Source of the DNA: an uncultured Acidimicrobiales bacterium
GTDB taxonomy: Bacteria; Actinomycetota; Acidimicrobiia; Acidimicrobiales; SHLQ01
NCBI GenBank assembly: GCA_938038785.1
Contig: CALHTB010000054.1
Location: forward strand, 465 to 64,464
Direction: 5' to 3'
Length of the DNA stretch: 64,000 bases
The number at the start of each line of letters is the position of its first letter. The first letter of the stretch is position 1. The notes under the pieces are model-generated. The model did not search any database, had not been told where the DNA came from, and saw only the letters and a program-made list of their open reading frames with translations. The translations under genes were made by a program, and so were the position numbers. Below are positions 1 to 9,530 of this stretch, piece after piece.

Positions 1-535
1 ACTCAAACGCGCCGCCTACCCACACGGAAACGCCGTCGGTTGCGAGGGCTTCGACCACCGCATCGGCACTTGGGTTGAACGAAAGGTCAACCTCGCCGGT
101 GATGGCGTCGAGCTTGGCGATACGGCTGCGGAACTCGTTGTTGACCTCGGTGAAGTAGCCGCCAATGTAGAGGTCGTTCCCATCGGGGGAGAGCGCCATT
201 GTGCGCACACCGCGACGGTCGATGTCGCTGGTCGACACGATGGTGGGCCGGAAGTTGGGATCAAGCTGACCAGTAACCACATCGAGCGCTGCGAGAAACG
301 CCTGCGGTTCGCCAGCAACATCGGAGAAGTTGCCGCCGATGTAATAGCGGCCATTGGCCTCGATGATGCTGTGGACCGGAGTTGATACCGAAAACGCCGT
401 ATCGAGCGAATCGATCTCCGCTGTTGGAGTGGGCGCTGGCGGAGCGACATCGGCGCCAAGTGTTTGGCCCGCGCCAAGTACTGCCAGCAGTGCGACCGCC
501 AGGATCAGTAGTGCGTTGGAGAACAGTCGGTTCAT
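1..535 (-). CDS. Secreted beta-propeller surface protein, N-terminal part (runs off window edge); paralog of the next genes
   Basis: Not in the ORF track. Read manually on the minus strand from ATG at 535: MNRLFSNALLILAVALLAVLGAG (signal peptide)...IIEANGRYYIGGNF...LDPNFRP...MALSPDGNDLYIGG, the same repeat motifs as 3399-6668 and 9531-12392. Confidence 0.8.
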   Translation of the reverse strand, partial: MNRLFSNALLILAVALLAVLGAGQTLGADVAPPAPTPTAEIDSLDTAFSVSTPVHSIIEANGRYYIGGNFSDVAGEPQAFLAALDVVTGQLDPNFRPTIVSTSDIDRRGVRTMALSPDGNDLYIGGYFTEVNNEFRSRIAKLDAITGEVDLSFNPSADAVVEALATDGVSVWVGGAFE

Positions 536-674
536 CGTTATGCCGAGTTTTCGGTAGGAGGGTCCGCCGCTATCTGCGCTCAAAAAGCACAGCAAATGTA
601 GTGATAGAGACGTGCCGCCAGAGTACCTCTACGGGGTCATTGGTCATAGGGGCAAGCGACCTGGGTCGCTTGGT

Positions 675-3302
675 TTAGTTGACCGTGATGGTGGGTTGGG
701 GGTTGACGGTGTAGTTCGCCCGGTTGTTGGCGTCGTCCCATGCCCACAGCAGGACCTTGTAGGTGCCTGCTGGGCTGAGGTTGACGTTGGGGAGCGTCCA
801 GGTGTTGCCGTCGAGGGTGGCAGCATTCCATGACCAGGCAGATACCCAGCTGGTGCCGTTCCAGTATTGGCCGGTCTGCTGGTTACGTACGAGCACGCGT
901 ACTCGGTCTACGCCTGAACCAGCGTCGGTGACTCCACCGTTGAGGTCGACAGGGCCAGTTGACTGGTTGGTTCCGGTTGTGAACGTGACGACTGGTGGGG
1001 TGGTGTCGTTGCCGGAAACAGTGATTGTGGTTATGGGGGTGGCTGGTGGGGCTGCTCGGTTGCCGTCGTTGTCCCATGCCCAGAGCGTGACTGAGTAGGT
1101 GCCGGTTAGGTTGAGGTTGACGTCGTCGAGGGTCCAGGTGTTGCCGTTGAGGGTGGCGAGGTTCCAGGACCATGGCGAGACCCAGCTGGTGCCGTTCCAG
1201 TATTGGCCGGTCTGCTGGTTACGTACGAGTACGCGTACTCGGTCTACGCCGGAGATGTCGTCGGTGACACCACCACCAAGATCAGTGACGCCGGTGGATA
1301 GCGATGTTTGGCTCGTGAACGTGATGTTCGGAGGCGTGGTGTCGTTCTGGCCGGCCGGAATGGTGATCGACGTTGGGGTGCATGGCACGTCAACGTTGCT
1401 GCCGCCTGGGTTCCAGCGCACGGCGTAGCTGTAGGTGCTGCCCGTCGTGACGGTGGTGTCGGTGTGCGAGCCGGAGTCTGGAGCGCCAGTTGCAAGCCAC
1501 GAGCCGTTGCGTCGAAGCTGCACGTTGCCAACGTTCGCAAAGTCGCTCCACGAGATCACGGGGTTGTCGTTGGCGTCGAGTGCCACCGAACACGCGGCTG
1601 CGCCTGCGATTCGGAACGGCGAGACCAGAACGGGAGAGGTGGTCTGGCCCACCTGATCCTTGGCGAACGTACGAATCTCGTACTCACCAGGAGTGAGGGT
1701 GGTGCCGAGGTTGACTGTCCAGTCAGCAGTGCCAAGGCCCGTCGACGTGAGCGTCACGGGCGCATCGGCTTGGGTTGGGCCAAACGAAGATCCGTTTGGC
1801 TGCAACCACTGATTTGTAGTGAGGTTCTTCAAACGAACCGTTACGTCAGCGACAATGCGATCGTCTTCTGCGGTTCCTTCGAGGGCTGACAGCGAGGTGA
1901 GGATGGCGCCGCTAGCGGGTGAATCAACCGTGATGGTTGGCGCAGTGGTATCGGCGGGAACTCCGAAGTCGAAGAACCCAGAACGTCCAACGAGTTGCTG
2001 GTTGAAACGGTTGTTGTCGTGGCCAGCGAGAATGCCGCGATCAATAACCGTGAGGTCAAAGACAGCGAGGTTGTTATTGCTGCCCGGGTCCCAGCTCAGC
2101 GCTTGGCCGTTATTGGGGTTCAATGCAGCCATCTGGCTACGGAACACTGCGTCGTTCGGGAAGATAACGCTTGGGTTCACCCCGGCATTTGGGTTGTTGA
2201 CGTCACACACGTTCGCGGTTCCGTTGCCCGGAGGGTGGGTGATCCCACCAGGAGGGGCGGGGTTAAGTGGTGCTGCGCAGAAGTGTCCTCCGACATACAC
2301 CGCAACATCGGTGACCGCCAGCGAGAAGACGCTGGAATACATGCGGGCAGCCCACGTGTAATTGATCGTGCCGGTACCGCCGGTGCTATAGCGCAGCACC
2401 GAATCACAGTTTGGTGGGCGGTCAGCACCCTGCCCACCAATGACGATGTAGGAGTTGTCTGGAGAGATAGCAATGTCGCGCAATGCCTCCAGGCAAAGCG
2501 CGGCGCCCTGTTGGGCCGACCACGGAATCGACCAGTTGGCCAACGTTGCAGTGGCTCCCGAGACGTCGAACTTCGCGACTGCTTCACGGGTAGCCCCGTT
2601 GATCTGGGTGCCGAAGTGCAAGCCAAATACGGTGTTGCCGTCGCTGGTTGCCACGATGCCTCGGGCGAATTCGCCGGTGTTCACCGAATTGTTCACGTTC
2701 ATAACGAAACCAGGGTCGACAATGCCGCTGTTGATGTCGACCGCAGCGAACCCTTGCCGCGGCTGGCCGCCAACGGTGACAAAGTTGCCTGCCATGTACA
2801 CGTGGGTGTTGGTTACCGCCATCGAACGAACTATCGCGTTCGCCGAGCCTTGGAATGTGGTGTCGAGGGTGCCGTCAGCGCTGAGCTTGGCGATACGCGA
2901 GGGGAACTTGTCATCCCACTTCCAGAACCGGCCACTGGCATAGACAGCATCGCCCGCGGGGTTGGTTTGGAGGTCAAAGACAGCGTTGTTAAGCACCGGC
3001 CGAAAGTTCTCGTCGAGAACACCGGTGTCGATGTCGTAGGCGAAGATGTACGGCTGGGTTATGACCGAACCGTCAGGTCTTTCGACCTGTTGGAAGTCGC
3101 CACCGACGAAAATGCGATCGCCGATTTGGGTGTGCGCCCAGACAGTGCCATCGAGCACCACCGGGACATCACGTCTCGGTTGTTCGACTGCGAGCTGACC
3201 GTGGTTGGCTGCTTCAGCAGAGGTGTTGGCGATGAAGGCGACAAGCACCAACACCATGAGTGAGAGGAGGCCGCCCGCCGCGACACGCTTTGCTACGTGC
3301 AT
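675..3302 (-). CDS. Secreted beta-propeller protein with C-terminal bacterial Ig-like domains
   Basis: Signal peptide, xVGGxF / LDxxFxP propeller repeats, and three DTT(A/P)P-initiated Ig-like modules. TAGTTT lies 6 nt before the ATG (leaderless-type start). Confidence 0.85.
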   Translation of the reverse strand: MHVAKRVAAGGLLSLMVLVLVAFIANTSAEAANHGQLAVEQPRRDVPVVLDGTVWAHTQIGDRIFVGGDFQQVERPDGSVITQPYIFAYDIDTGVLDENFRPVLNNAVFDLQTNPAGDAVYASGRFWKWDDKFPSRIAKLSADGTLDTTFQGSANAIVRSMAVTNTHVYMAGNFVTVGGQPRQGFAAVDINSGIVDPGFVMNVNNSVNTGEFARGIVATSDGNTVFGLHFGTQINGATREAVAKFDVSGATATLANWSIPWSAQQGAALCLEALRDIAISPDNSYIVIGGQGADRPPNCDSVLRYSTGGTGTINYTWAARMYSSVFSLAVTDVAVYVGGHFCAAPLNPAPPGGITHPPGNGTANVCDVNNPNAGVNPSVIFPNDAVFRSQMAALNPNNGQALSWDPGSNNNLAVFDLTVIDRGILAGHDNNRFNQQLVGRSGFFDFGVPADTTAPTITVDSPASGAILTSLSALEGTAEDDRIVADVTVRLKNLTTNQWLQPNGSSFGPTQADAPVTLTSTGLGTADWTVNLGTTLTPGEYEIRTFAKDQVGQTTSPVLVSPFRIAGAAACSVALDANDNPVISWSDFANVGNVQLRRNGSWLATGAPDSGSHTDTTVTTGSTYSYAVRWNPGGSNVDVPCTPTSITIPAGQNDTTPPNITFTSQTSLSTGVTDLGGGVTDDISGVDRVRVLVRNQQTGQYWNGTSWVSPWSWNLATLNGNTWTLDDVNLNLTGTYSVTLWAWDNDGNRAAPPATPITTITVSGNDTTPPVVTFTTGTNQSTGPVDLNGGVTDAGSGVDRVRVLVRNQQTGQYWNGTSWVSAWSWNAATLDGNTWTLPNVNLSPAGTYKVLLWAWDDANNRANYTVNPQPTITVN
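678..1343 (-). repeat. Two tandem ~330-bp Ig-like module copies in gene 675-3302
   Basis: 845-914 and 1181-1250 are nearly identical in DNA (SGVDRVRVLVRNQQTGQYWNGTSWVS). Confidence 0.9.
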
Positions 3303-3398
3303 ACATCCAAACTACCATGCCGGGCACTCTTGGGCCGCTAAAGCCAGGGTTACACCACTCTTAGGAGTTTCGTGTGAAGTGGTTAACTTCTGGTCGTT

Positions 3399-6300
3399 CT
3401 AACCGACGGCGAGCGTCGGCCGGGGGTTGATCGCAAAGTCGGCGAGATTGTTTTGGTTGTCCCACGCCCAGAGGAGCACCGTGTAGGTGCCTGCGGGGTT
3501 GAGGTTGACGTTGGGGACGGTCCAGGTGTTGCCGTTGAGGGTGGCGAGGTTCCAGGACCATGCCGAGACCCAGCTGGTGCCGTTCCAGTATTGACCGGTC
3601 TGCTGGTTACGTACCAGCACCCGGACGCGGTCGACGCCGGAACCAGCGTCGGTGACCCCACCATTCAGGTCAACCAGTCCAGTTGGCTGGTTGGTTCCTG
3701 TGGTGAAGGTGACGACCGGTGGGGTGGTGTCTGCAGCTTGGGCGGTGGTGACGGTGATGGTGGGTCGTGGGTTGTTTTGCCAGGTGGCTTGGTTGTTTTG
3801 GTTGTCCCAGGCCCAGTGGAGGACTTGGTAGGTGCCTGTTGGGTTGAGGTTGACGTTGGGGACGGTCCAGGTGTTGCCGTTGAGGGTGGCGAGGTTCCAG
3901 GACCATGCCGACACCCAGCTGGTGCCGTTCCAGTAGTTGCCGGTTTGTTGGTTGCGTACGAGCACGCGGACGCGGTCTACGCCGGAGATGTCGTCGGTGA
4001 CGCCTCCGGTGAGGTCGGTGGTGCCTGCGGTTTGGTTGGTTGCGGTGGTGAAGGTGACGACGGGTGGGGTGGTGTCTGCGGCTTGGGCAGCGGTGATCGT
4101 GAAGTTTCGTGCTGGCCGGTTGTCGTCCCAGGTTTGGATGTTGCCCGCGTTGTCGGTGGCGTAGGTGACGACGCCATAGGTGGCGGCAACGAGTGGGACA
4201 TTGCTGTAGGTCCAGTTGGTTGTTCCTGTTGCTAGGAGCCAGGTGTTTGAGTTGGTGATCCAGGCTGTGCCGTTCCAGTAGGTGTTGTTGTCGCGGTTAC
4301 GGATTCGTATGCGAACGTTGGCAACACCCGAGCCGGTGTCAGCTGCGGTTCCGGTGAACGTGAACGAACCAGCAGTAGTCGCCGTGATCGGATCGATCGT
4401 CGACGACGGCGGAGTCGAATCGCCAATGACCGCAGCCCCAGCTCGCAGGGCAACAGACCAGCCTTGAGCAGTCATCGTGTGATACTCGGCCACCGCAACC
4501 CTCGACCTGCTCGTCGAGGTTTGCGCCACCGGGTTCAGCGCCAGCGTGGCGTTGACGCGTGAGTTGCCGGTGCCAATCGATTCGGAAAGCACTACGAGCT
4601 CGTCCTCGGCAAACAGCTCGGTGCTTTGCGAGGCGCGTTCGGCCCAGTAATGCACCACCGTGGCTTGGCCGCCGAACGACAGGGCAGGTGCCACATGCTG
4701 GCCCTGACGCAGGTTGGCCGTTGCTTGTGAGTCGATGGCGGCGATTGGGTTGGTTCCGTTGACGCCACGGAAAACCGAAACGGTCAGGTCGCCTCGAGTG
4801 GGGGTGTTCAGCTGGAATGTGCGGTTGGTGCCGACATCGGTGGCGGTCAACGACTTCCACCACACCAGGGTGCGCAAGTTGCCGTCGACCTCATTGCCCA
4901 CTGCGGTCCATCCGGTTGGTGGGGTAGCGGTGGTGGTGTTGGTGTTCAACGACAAGAAGGCAATTGCGACATCGCCCGCTTGGGCCGTGGTGGGGATTGG
5001 TGCAGCGAACTGGTTGTTAAAGCCGGAAACAGCGACCGTGTCGACCGGACGGATCGGAAGCCCACCATTACCAACGGCCACCTTTTCGGTGCGCGACGCC
5101 GAAGCACCTGCGTTGTCGGTCACCGTGAGGGTGACGTCGTGGGTGGTGTTGTTGGCGAGGAAACCAGAAGCGTTGACGCCGCTGGCCGTCTGGCCGTTGC
5201 CGAACACCCAGGCGTAGCTGGCAATCGAACCGTTGTCGAGGCTGGCCGAGGCATCAAAGTTGCAGGACGTTCCAGCACAGTCGACGGTGAAAAGTGGCTC
5301 GGGGGCCTTGTTTCCAAGATTGCCATGGCCCGGGAACACCACAAAGTGTGGCGTGAAAGCGCCAGCTTGCTGGCCAGGAGTTCCCGTTGGGTTAAAGACG
5401 TTGCGGAAGTCGCCTCCCACGAGCAGGCCGCTTGGGCCCGAGCTCAGCTCCCACACGCCGTCGGTCGAGTCGAGGTTCGGGTCCCACGGGTTCAGTGCCC
5501 CGCTTGCGGCGCTGACGGAGTAGAGCTTGTTGCGACGAACCGCGTTCGCGTTGTTGGGGCTTTCGACATAGCCGTTGGCTGGGAACGCCGGGTTTGCTGT
5601 TCCATCGGTTTTGAACGCAGGAACGGTGAAGGTGAAGTTTCCGTGGGTGCCGGCGTAGACGGTGGAGTTCGTGGCCTCAACAGCTTGAATGTCGCCCGCG
5701 TTGATGCGCTGCCACAAGGTCGAGCCGGTGGTGCTGTACGCCCGAAGCGCATTGCCGCCTTGGGGCGCGTTGCTTGCGCTTCCCGCCGTCGCAACGATGA
5801 CTTTTGAACCGTCGGGGGTGACGCTTAGTGCCAATACCTTGTGAGTTTCGGGGTGTGCGGGCGCCCACGACGGCAACACCGTTCCATTGGATGCGTTGAG
5901 CGGAACCAGCTTTTGGCCGGTCGTGCCAGCGATGTTGTTGAAGTTGCCGCCGACCCACAACGTTGCACCCCGCAGCTCGATATCGAGCACGGTTCCATCA
6001 GCGTTGAAGCCAACCCATGCCGGATTCACCGCACCGGTCGAGGCGCTCAGGCGAGCCAACCTCTTAGCGGCCTGGCCGCCGACGTTGTTGAACTTGCCGC
6101 CGATCCACACCGAGTTTCCATCTGTCGCAATGGTTTCGACCACGGCGTCGGCGTTTGCGGTGAAGGCGGGGTCAACCGCGCCGGTTCGCGCGTCGAGCTT
6201 TGCCACACGGCTCTTCGCCACACCATCGATTTGCAAGAAGCGACCGGCAACATACAGGTCGTTTCCGTCGGGGGAGAGGGCAAGCGCGGTGACCATTCGG

Positions 6301-6668
6301 TCGCTTCCCGAAAGCACCGGGCGGAACGTTGGGTCGAGTTGGCCCGTGGCCACATCGATTGCCGCCAAACCCCGTTGGGTCTTGCCGCCAACCTCGATGA
6401 ACTTACCGCCAACGTAGTAGCGGCCATGGGCCTCGATCATTGCGTACACAGGCGACTGATCAGCCGTGGTGATGTCAGTGTCTGGCGGTGGTTCAGTGGG
6501 GTCGATGGCAACCGTGGGCAGAACCGATGTCGGAGGGTTGTTCGCGCTAGACGCCGACCTGTCCACGAGAAGCGCAAGTGCAATCGCAACAAGCGCGAAT
6601 GCGAGGAACATAGTGCTCCGCCGGAAGGAACGTGCCATGTGAGGGGTCTCCATAGATTTGCCCACCAT
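3399..6668 (-). CDS. Secreted beta-propeller / PKD / Ig-like multidomain surface protein (start may be 6638)
   Basis: Signal peptide, propeller repeats, PKD motif (FDASASLDNGSIASYAWVFGNG...VTLTVTDN), and three DTTPP/DSTPP Ig modules. Confidence 0.88.
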   Translation of the reverse strand: MVGKSMETPHMARSFRRSTMFLAFALVAIALALLVDRSASSANNPPTSVLPTVAIDPTEPPPDTDITTADQSPVYAMIEAHGRYYVGGKFIEVGGKTQRGLAAIDVATGQLDPTFRPVLSGSDRMVTALALSPDGNDLYVAGRFLQIDGVAKSRVAKLDARTGAVDPAFTANADAVVETIATDGNSVWIGGKFNNVGGQAAKRLARLSASTGAVNPAWVGFNADGTVLDIELRGATLWVGGNFNNIAGTTGQKLVPLNASNGTVLPSWAPAHPETHKVLALSVTPDGSKVIVATAGSASNAPQGGNALRAYSTTGSTLWQRINAGDIQAVEATNSTVYAGTHGNFTFTVPAFKTDGTANPAFPANGYVESPNNANAVRRNKLYSVSAASGALNPWDPNLDSTDGVWELSSGPSGLLVGGDFRNVFNPTGTPGQQAGAFTPHFVVFPGHGNLGNKAPEPLFTVDCAGTSCNFDASASLDNGSIASYAWVFGNGQTASGVNASGFLANNTTHDVTLTVTDNAGASASRTEKVAVGNGGLPIRPVDTVAVSGFNNQFAAPIPTTAQAGDVAIAFLSLNTNTTTATPPTGWTAVGNEVDGNLRTLVWWKSLTATDVGTNRTFQLNTPTRGDLTVSVFRGVNGTNPIAAIDSQATANLRQGQHVAPALSFGGQATVVHYWAERASQSTELFAEDELVVLSESIGTGNSRVNATLALNPVAQTSTSRSRVAVAEYHTMTAQGWSVALRAGAAVIGDSTPPSSTIDPITATTAGSFTFTGTAADTGSGVANVRIRIRNRDNNTYWNGTAWITNSNTWLLATGTTNWTYSNVPLVAATYGVVTYATDNAGNIQTWDDNRPARNFTITAAQAADTTPPVVTFTTATNQTAGTTDLTGGVTDDISGVDRVRVLVRNQQTGNYWNGTSWVSAWSWNLATLNGNTWTVPNVNLNPTGTYQVLHWAWDNQNNQATWQNNPRPTITVTTAQAADTTPPVVTFTTGTNQPTGLVDLNGGVTDAGSGVDRVRVLVRNQQTGQYWNGTSWVSAWSWNLATLNGNTWTVPNVNLNPAGTYTVLLWAWDNQNNLADFAINPRPTLAVG
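3402..4421 (-). repeat. Two near-identical and one diverged Ig-like module copies in gene 3399-6668, shared with the neighbouring gene
   Basis: The stretch ttgaggttgacgttggggacggtccaggtgttgccgttgagggtggcgaggttccaggaccatgccga is identical at ~3499 and ~3844, and similar to 1111-1178. Confidence 0.9.
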
Positions 6669-6854
6669 ACGTATCCGCCGAGGTGGATCTTAGGCGTTTT
6701 CCGACCCTATCCGGAATATTCATTGGGTCGATTGTCACATTCGGCGCGTAAACCCCAGAGTTAGTGTGAGACCGCGGCTTGGCTCCGGCCATCCCGTTCC
6801 GAGTGCTCACAGCTATCATGTGGGCTAGAACCAGCGGTTCGAAAGGGTGTCCAC

Positions 6855-8258
6855 ATGAGCACAGCAGATATAGGCGTCGATCTAAGCAAGTACGAGCTTG
6901 GGTGGTCCGACGCGGAGGACTACATCTACAAGCCCAAAAAGGGCCTCAACACCGACATCATCAACGAGATGTCGTGGATGAAGGGCGAGCCCGCCTGGAT
7001 GCGCGACTTCCGCCTCAAGTCGTACAGCCGCTTCGAAAAGCGCGCCATGCCTAAGTGGGGCGGCGACATGTCCGAAATCTACTTCGACGACATCTTCTAT
7101 TACATCAAGCCCACCGAATCGGTGAAGGACGACTGGGACGACATCCCTCAGGCCATCAAGGACACCTACGAAAAGCTGGGCATCCCCGAGGCCGAGCGCA
7201 AGTACCTCGCCGGCGTCACCGCGCAATATGAGTCGGAGGTGGTGTACCACCGCAACCGGGAAGACCTCGAAGAGCTCGGTGTCATCTTCTGCGACATGGA
7301 CACCGCGCTGCGCGAACACCCCGAGCTCGTCAAGGAATACTTCGGCACGGTTATCCCGCCGAACGACAACAAGTTCAGCTCTCTCAACTCGGCCGTGTGG
7401 TCGGGCGGCAGCTTCATCTACGTCCCGCCGGGCGTTCACGTCGACCAGCCGCTGCAGGCCTACTTCCGCATCAACGCCGAGAACATGGGTCAGTTCGAAC
7501 GCACGCTCATCATTGCTGACGAAGGTTCGTCGGTGCACTACATCGAGGGCTGCTCGGCTCCGGTGTACACCTCTGACTCGCTGCACTCAGCCGTCGTCGA
7601 GATCATCGTGAAGGAAAGCGCACGAGTCACCTACACGACCATCCAGAACTGGTCGAACAACGTGTTCAACCTGGTTACCAAGCGGGCCAAGGTGTACGCC
7701 GAAGGCCACATGGAATGGATCGACGGCAACATCGGCAGCCGCCTCACCATGAAGTACCCAGCCGTTGTTATGGTCGGCCCGAAGGCCTCGGGTGAGGTTC
7801 TCTCGGTTGCCTACGCCGGCAACGGTCAGCACCAGGACGCTGGCGCCAAGATGGTGCACGCCGCCCCCGAAACCACGTCGAAGATCGTGTCGAAGTCCAT
7901 CAGCTCTGACGGCGGGCGAACCAGCTACCGCGGTCTTGTGCACGTCGACGAAGATGCCTACGGCTGCAAGAGCCACGTGCAGTGCGACGCGCTCATCCTC
8001 GACGAAGACTCGATCAGCGACACCTATCCCTACATGGAGATTGGTTCACGCGACGCCATCATTGGACACGAAGCCACCGTGTCGAAGGTTGCCGACGAGC
8101 AGCTGTTCTATTTGATGAGCCGAGGCCTCTCCGAAGAGCAGGCCATGGGCATGATCGTCAACGGCTTCATCGAGCCAATCACCCGCACGCTTCCAATGGA
8201 ATACGCGGTCGAGTGGAGCCGCCTTATCGAGCTCCAAATGGAAGGCTCAGTCGGCTAG
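6855..8258 (+). CDS. sufB: Fe-S cluster assembly protein SufB
   Basis: Strongly conserved SufB motifs: [57 protein letters not shown]. Confidence 0.97.
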   Translation: MSTADIGVDLSKYELGWSDAEDYIYKPKKGLNTDIINEMSWMKGEPAWMRDFRLKSYSRFEKRAMPKWGGDMSEIYFDDIFYYIKPTESVKDDWDDIPQAIKDTYEKLGIPEAERKYLAGVTAQYESEVVYHRNREDLEELGVIFCDMDTALREHPELVKEYFGTVIPPNDNKFSSLNSAVWSGGSFIYVPPGVHVDQPLQAYFRINAENMGQFERTLIIADEGSSVHYIEGCSAPVYTSDSLHSAVVEIIVKESARVTYTTIQNWSNNVFNLVTKRAKVYAEGHMEWIDGNIGSRLTMKYPAVVMVGPKASGEVLSVAYAGNGQHQDAGAKMVHAAPETTSKIVSKSISSDGGRTSYRGLVHVDEDAYGCKSHVQCDALILDEDSISDTYPYMEIGSRDAIIGHEATVSKVADEQLFYLMSRGLSEEQAMGMIVNGFIEPITRTLPMEYAVEWSRLIELQMEGSVG

Positions 8259-8311
8259 CGCGTCCAGCCTCGTCCACAGGCCCGAACGGCCACAAATAGC
8301 CACGAACCTCA

Positions 8312-8343
8312 CGTCAGAGTGAGATTCGTCAGAGTGAGATTCG
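8312..8343 (+). repeat. Perfect 15-bp tandem direct repeat (cgtcagagtgagatt x2)
   Basis: Seen directly in the intergenic region between sufB and the first SHOCT gene. Confidence 0.85.
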
Positions 8344-8444
8344 ACGAGGCGAAGTTCTCGCATAGCGGTCTCACAAAATCTGCACTTACGCTGCCCACTT
8401 TTGGGGTATAGGATTCTCGCAATCAGACTTCTAGCGGGAGGGGT

Positions 8445-8912
8445 GTGGCAATGGCGGTAGCGGATCGTCGGTGTCGAACGAACGAAATTTTGCAGCGACA
8501 TGGATATGCCCAGCAGCGGATAACCGGCGGGCTTCCGGTGTCGTCGGTGGCCCAGGCGGCCAGCCTTGAAGGTTTGGCGTGCGAGACCGTGCGGTTGCTT
8601 CGCGAGAACAAGACCATGTGCGTGCGCGAAGAACGGGCCTGTATTCGAGCGTTGCTCGGAGATGAAGGCGACATCATCGACGTCGGATACACCGATGCGA
8701 AAGCCGAGATTGACAGGGTCGTGCAGATCCTGATGAACGACCGGGCTGAGCTACGGGTGTTACGGCAGAGGCTCAGCACGCCCTCTCGCCCACGGTCGAT
8801 TCCAGCGCCGAACTCCACGCTTGTCGACTACGTCCAGCGGTTGGCCAAGCTGTACCGTGACGGTCTATTGAACGCCGATGAGTTTGCTGCGGCCAAGGCT
8901 CGCCTGCTGTAA
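8445..8912 (+). CDS. SHOCT domain-containing protein (paralog 1)
   Basis: C-terminal LAKLYRDGLLNADEFAAAKARLL matches the SHOCT consensus. GGAGG-like RBS upstream. Confidence 0.8.
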   Translation: MAMAVADRRCRTNEILQRHGYAQQRITGGLPVSSVAQAASLEGLACETVRLLRENKTMCVREERACIRALLGDEGDIIDVGYTDAKAEIDRVVQILMNDRAELRVLRQRLSTPSRPRSIPAPNSTLVDYVQRLAKLYRDGLLNADEFAAAKARLL

Positions 8913-9013
8913 CGACACGAGCACGTGACGGTTATCTCCTCGTGTGATGACCTCAAGAGGTGCGAATAGAGTTAGCGTCGGCTCCTACTCGATGGTGGAC
9001 AAGGTGTTGAACA

Positions 9014-9514
9014 ATGGCAGCAGCGTTGCTCCAGCGACGAACAACGGAAATCCTCGACAGCTATCGCGCTGGCTGCGATGAGATCACCGGCGAGCTCGAC
9101 GGCTCGCTTCTCCCTGAGCAGTTCGCCCGTTTTGATGGCCTAGCCCGACACACCATTCGGCTGCTGCGCGAGGCTAAGACCGAATGTGTTCGCGAAGAAG
9201 CCGGCGCGGCCGAACGAATTCTGGGCCACGAATCCACCGGGCAGCCGCTAGACCTTGGATACTCCGCGGTGAAGCTCGAGATCGATCTTGCTATCGACGA
9301 AGTGCTCTCCGACAAGATGCGATTCCGTCCAGCCGACGAGGAGCCCGACGCCCCCGCCCCTGCGCCTAGAGAGCGGTACGTCGAAGACTCTCGTGACTCT
9401 GGACGCCGCCTAATCGACCGGCTCGAGCAGCTCGCTGAACTTCACCGCTCTGGGGTGCTAACCGACGACGAGTTCGCCGTCGCCAAGGGAGCGATCCTCG
9501 TCGAGGACTCCTAA
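9014..9514 (+). CDS. SHOCT domain-containing protein (paralog 2)
   Basis: C-terminal LEQLAELHRSGVLTDDEFAVAKGAIL. N-terminal domain is homologous to 8445-8912. Confidence 0.85.
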   Translation: MAAALLQRRTTEILDSYRAGCDEITGELDGSLLPEQFARFDGLARHTIRLLREAKTECVREEAGAAERILGHESTGQPLDLGYSAVKLEIDLAIDEVLSDKMRFRPADEEPDAPAPAPRERYVEDSRDSGRRLIDRLEQLAELHRSGVLTDDEFAVAKGAILVEDS

Positions 9515-9530
9515 CTCAGCTATCGGTGGG

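Noticed and set aside
1995-3263. Numerous long antisense or alternate-frame ORFs in the track (e.g. 1995-3263, 19349-20500, 33228-34334, 58948-60027)
   Set aside because: They lie fully opposite well-supported genes and show no recognisable motifs, as expected from GC-rich codon bias.
678-4421. Diversity-generating retroelement TR/VR pair in the repeated C-terminal modules
   Set aside because: All copies are in-frame coding modules, the differences do not appear adenine-specific, and there is no reverse transcriptase in the window.
6733-6754. Third TGTCAC-N10-TA motif upstream of sufB
   Set aside because: The -10 reads TAAACC, lacking the final conserved T, and no start codon follows at the leaderless distance.
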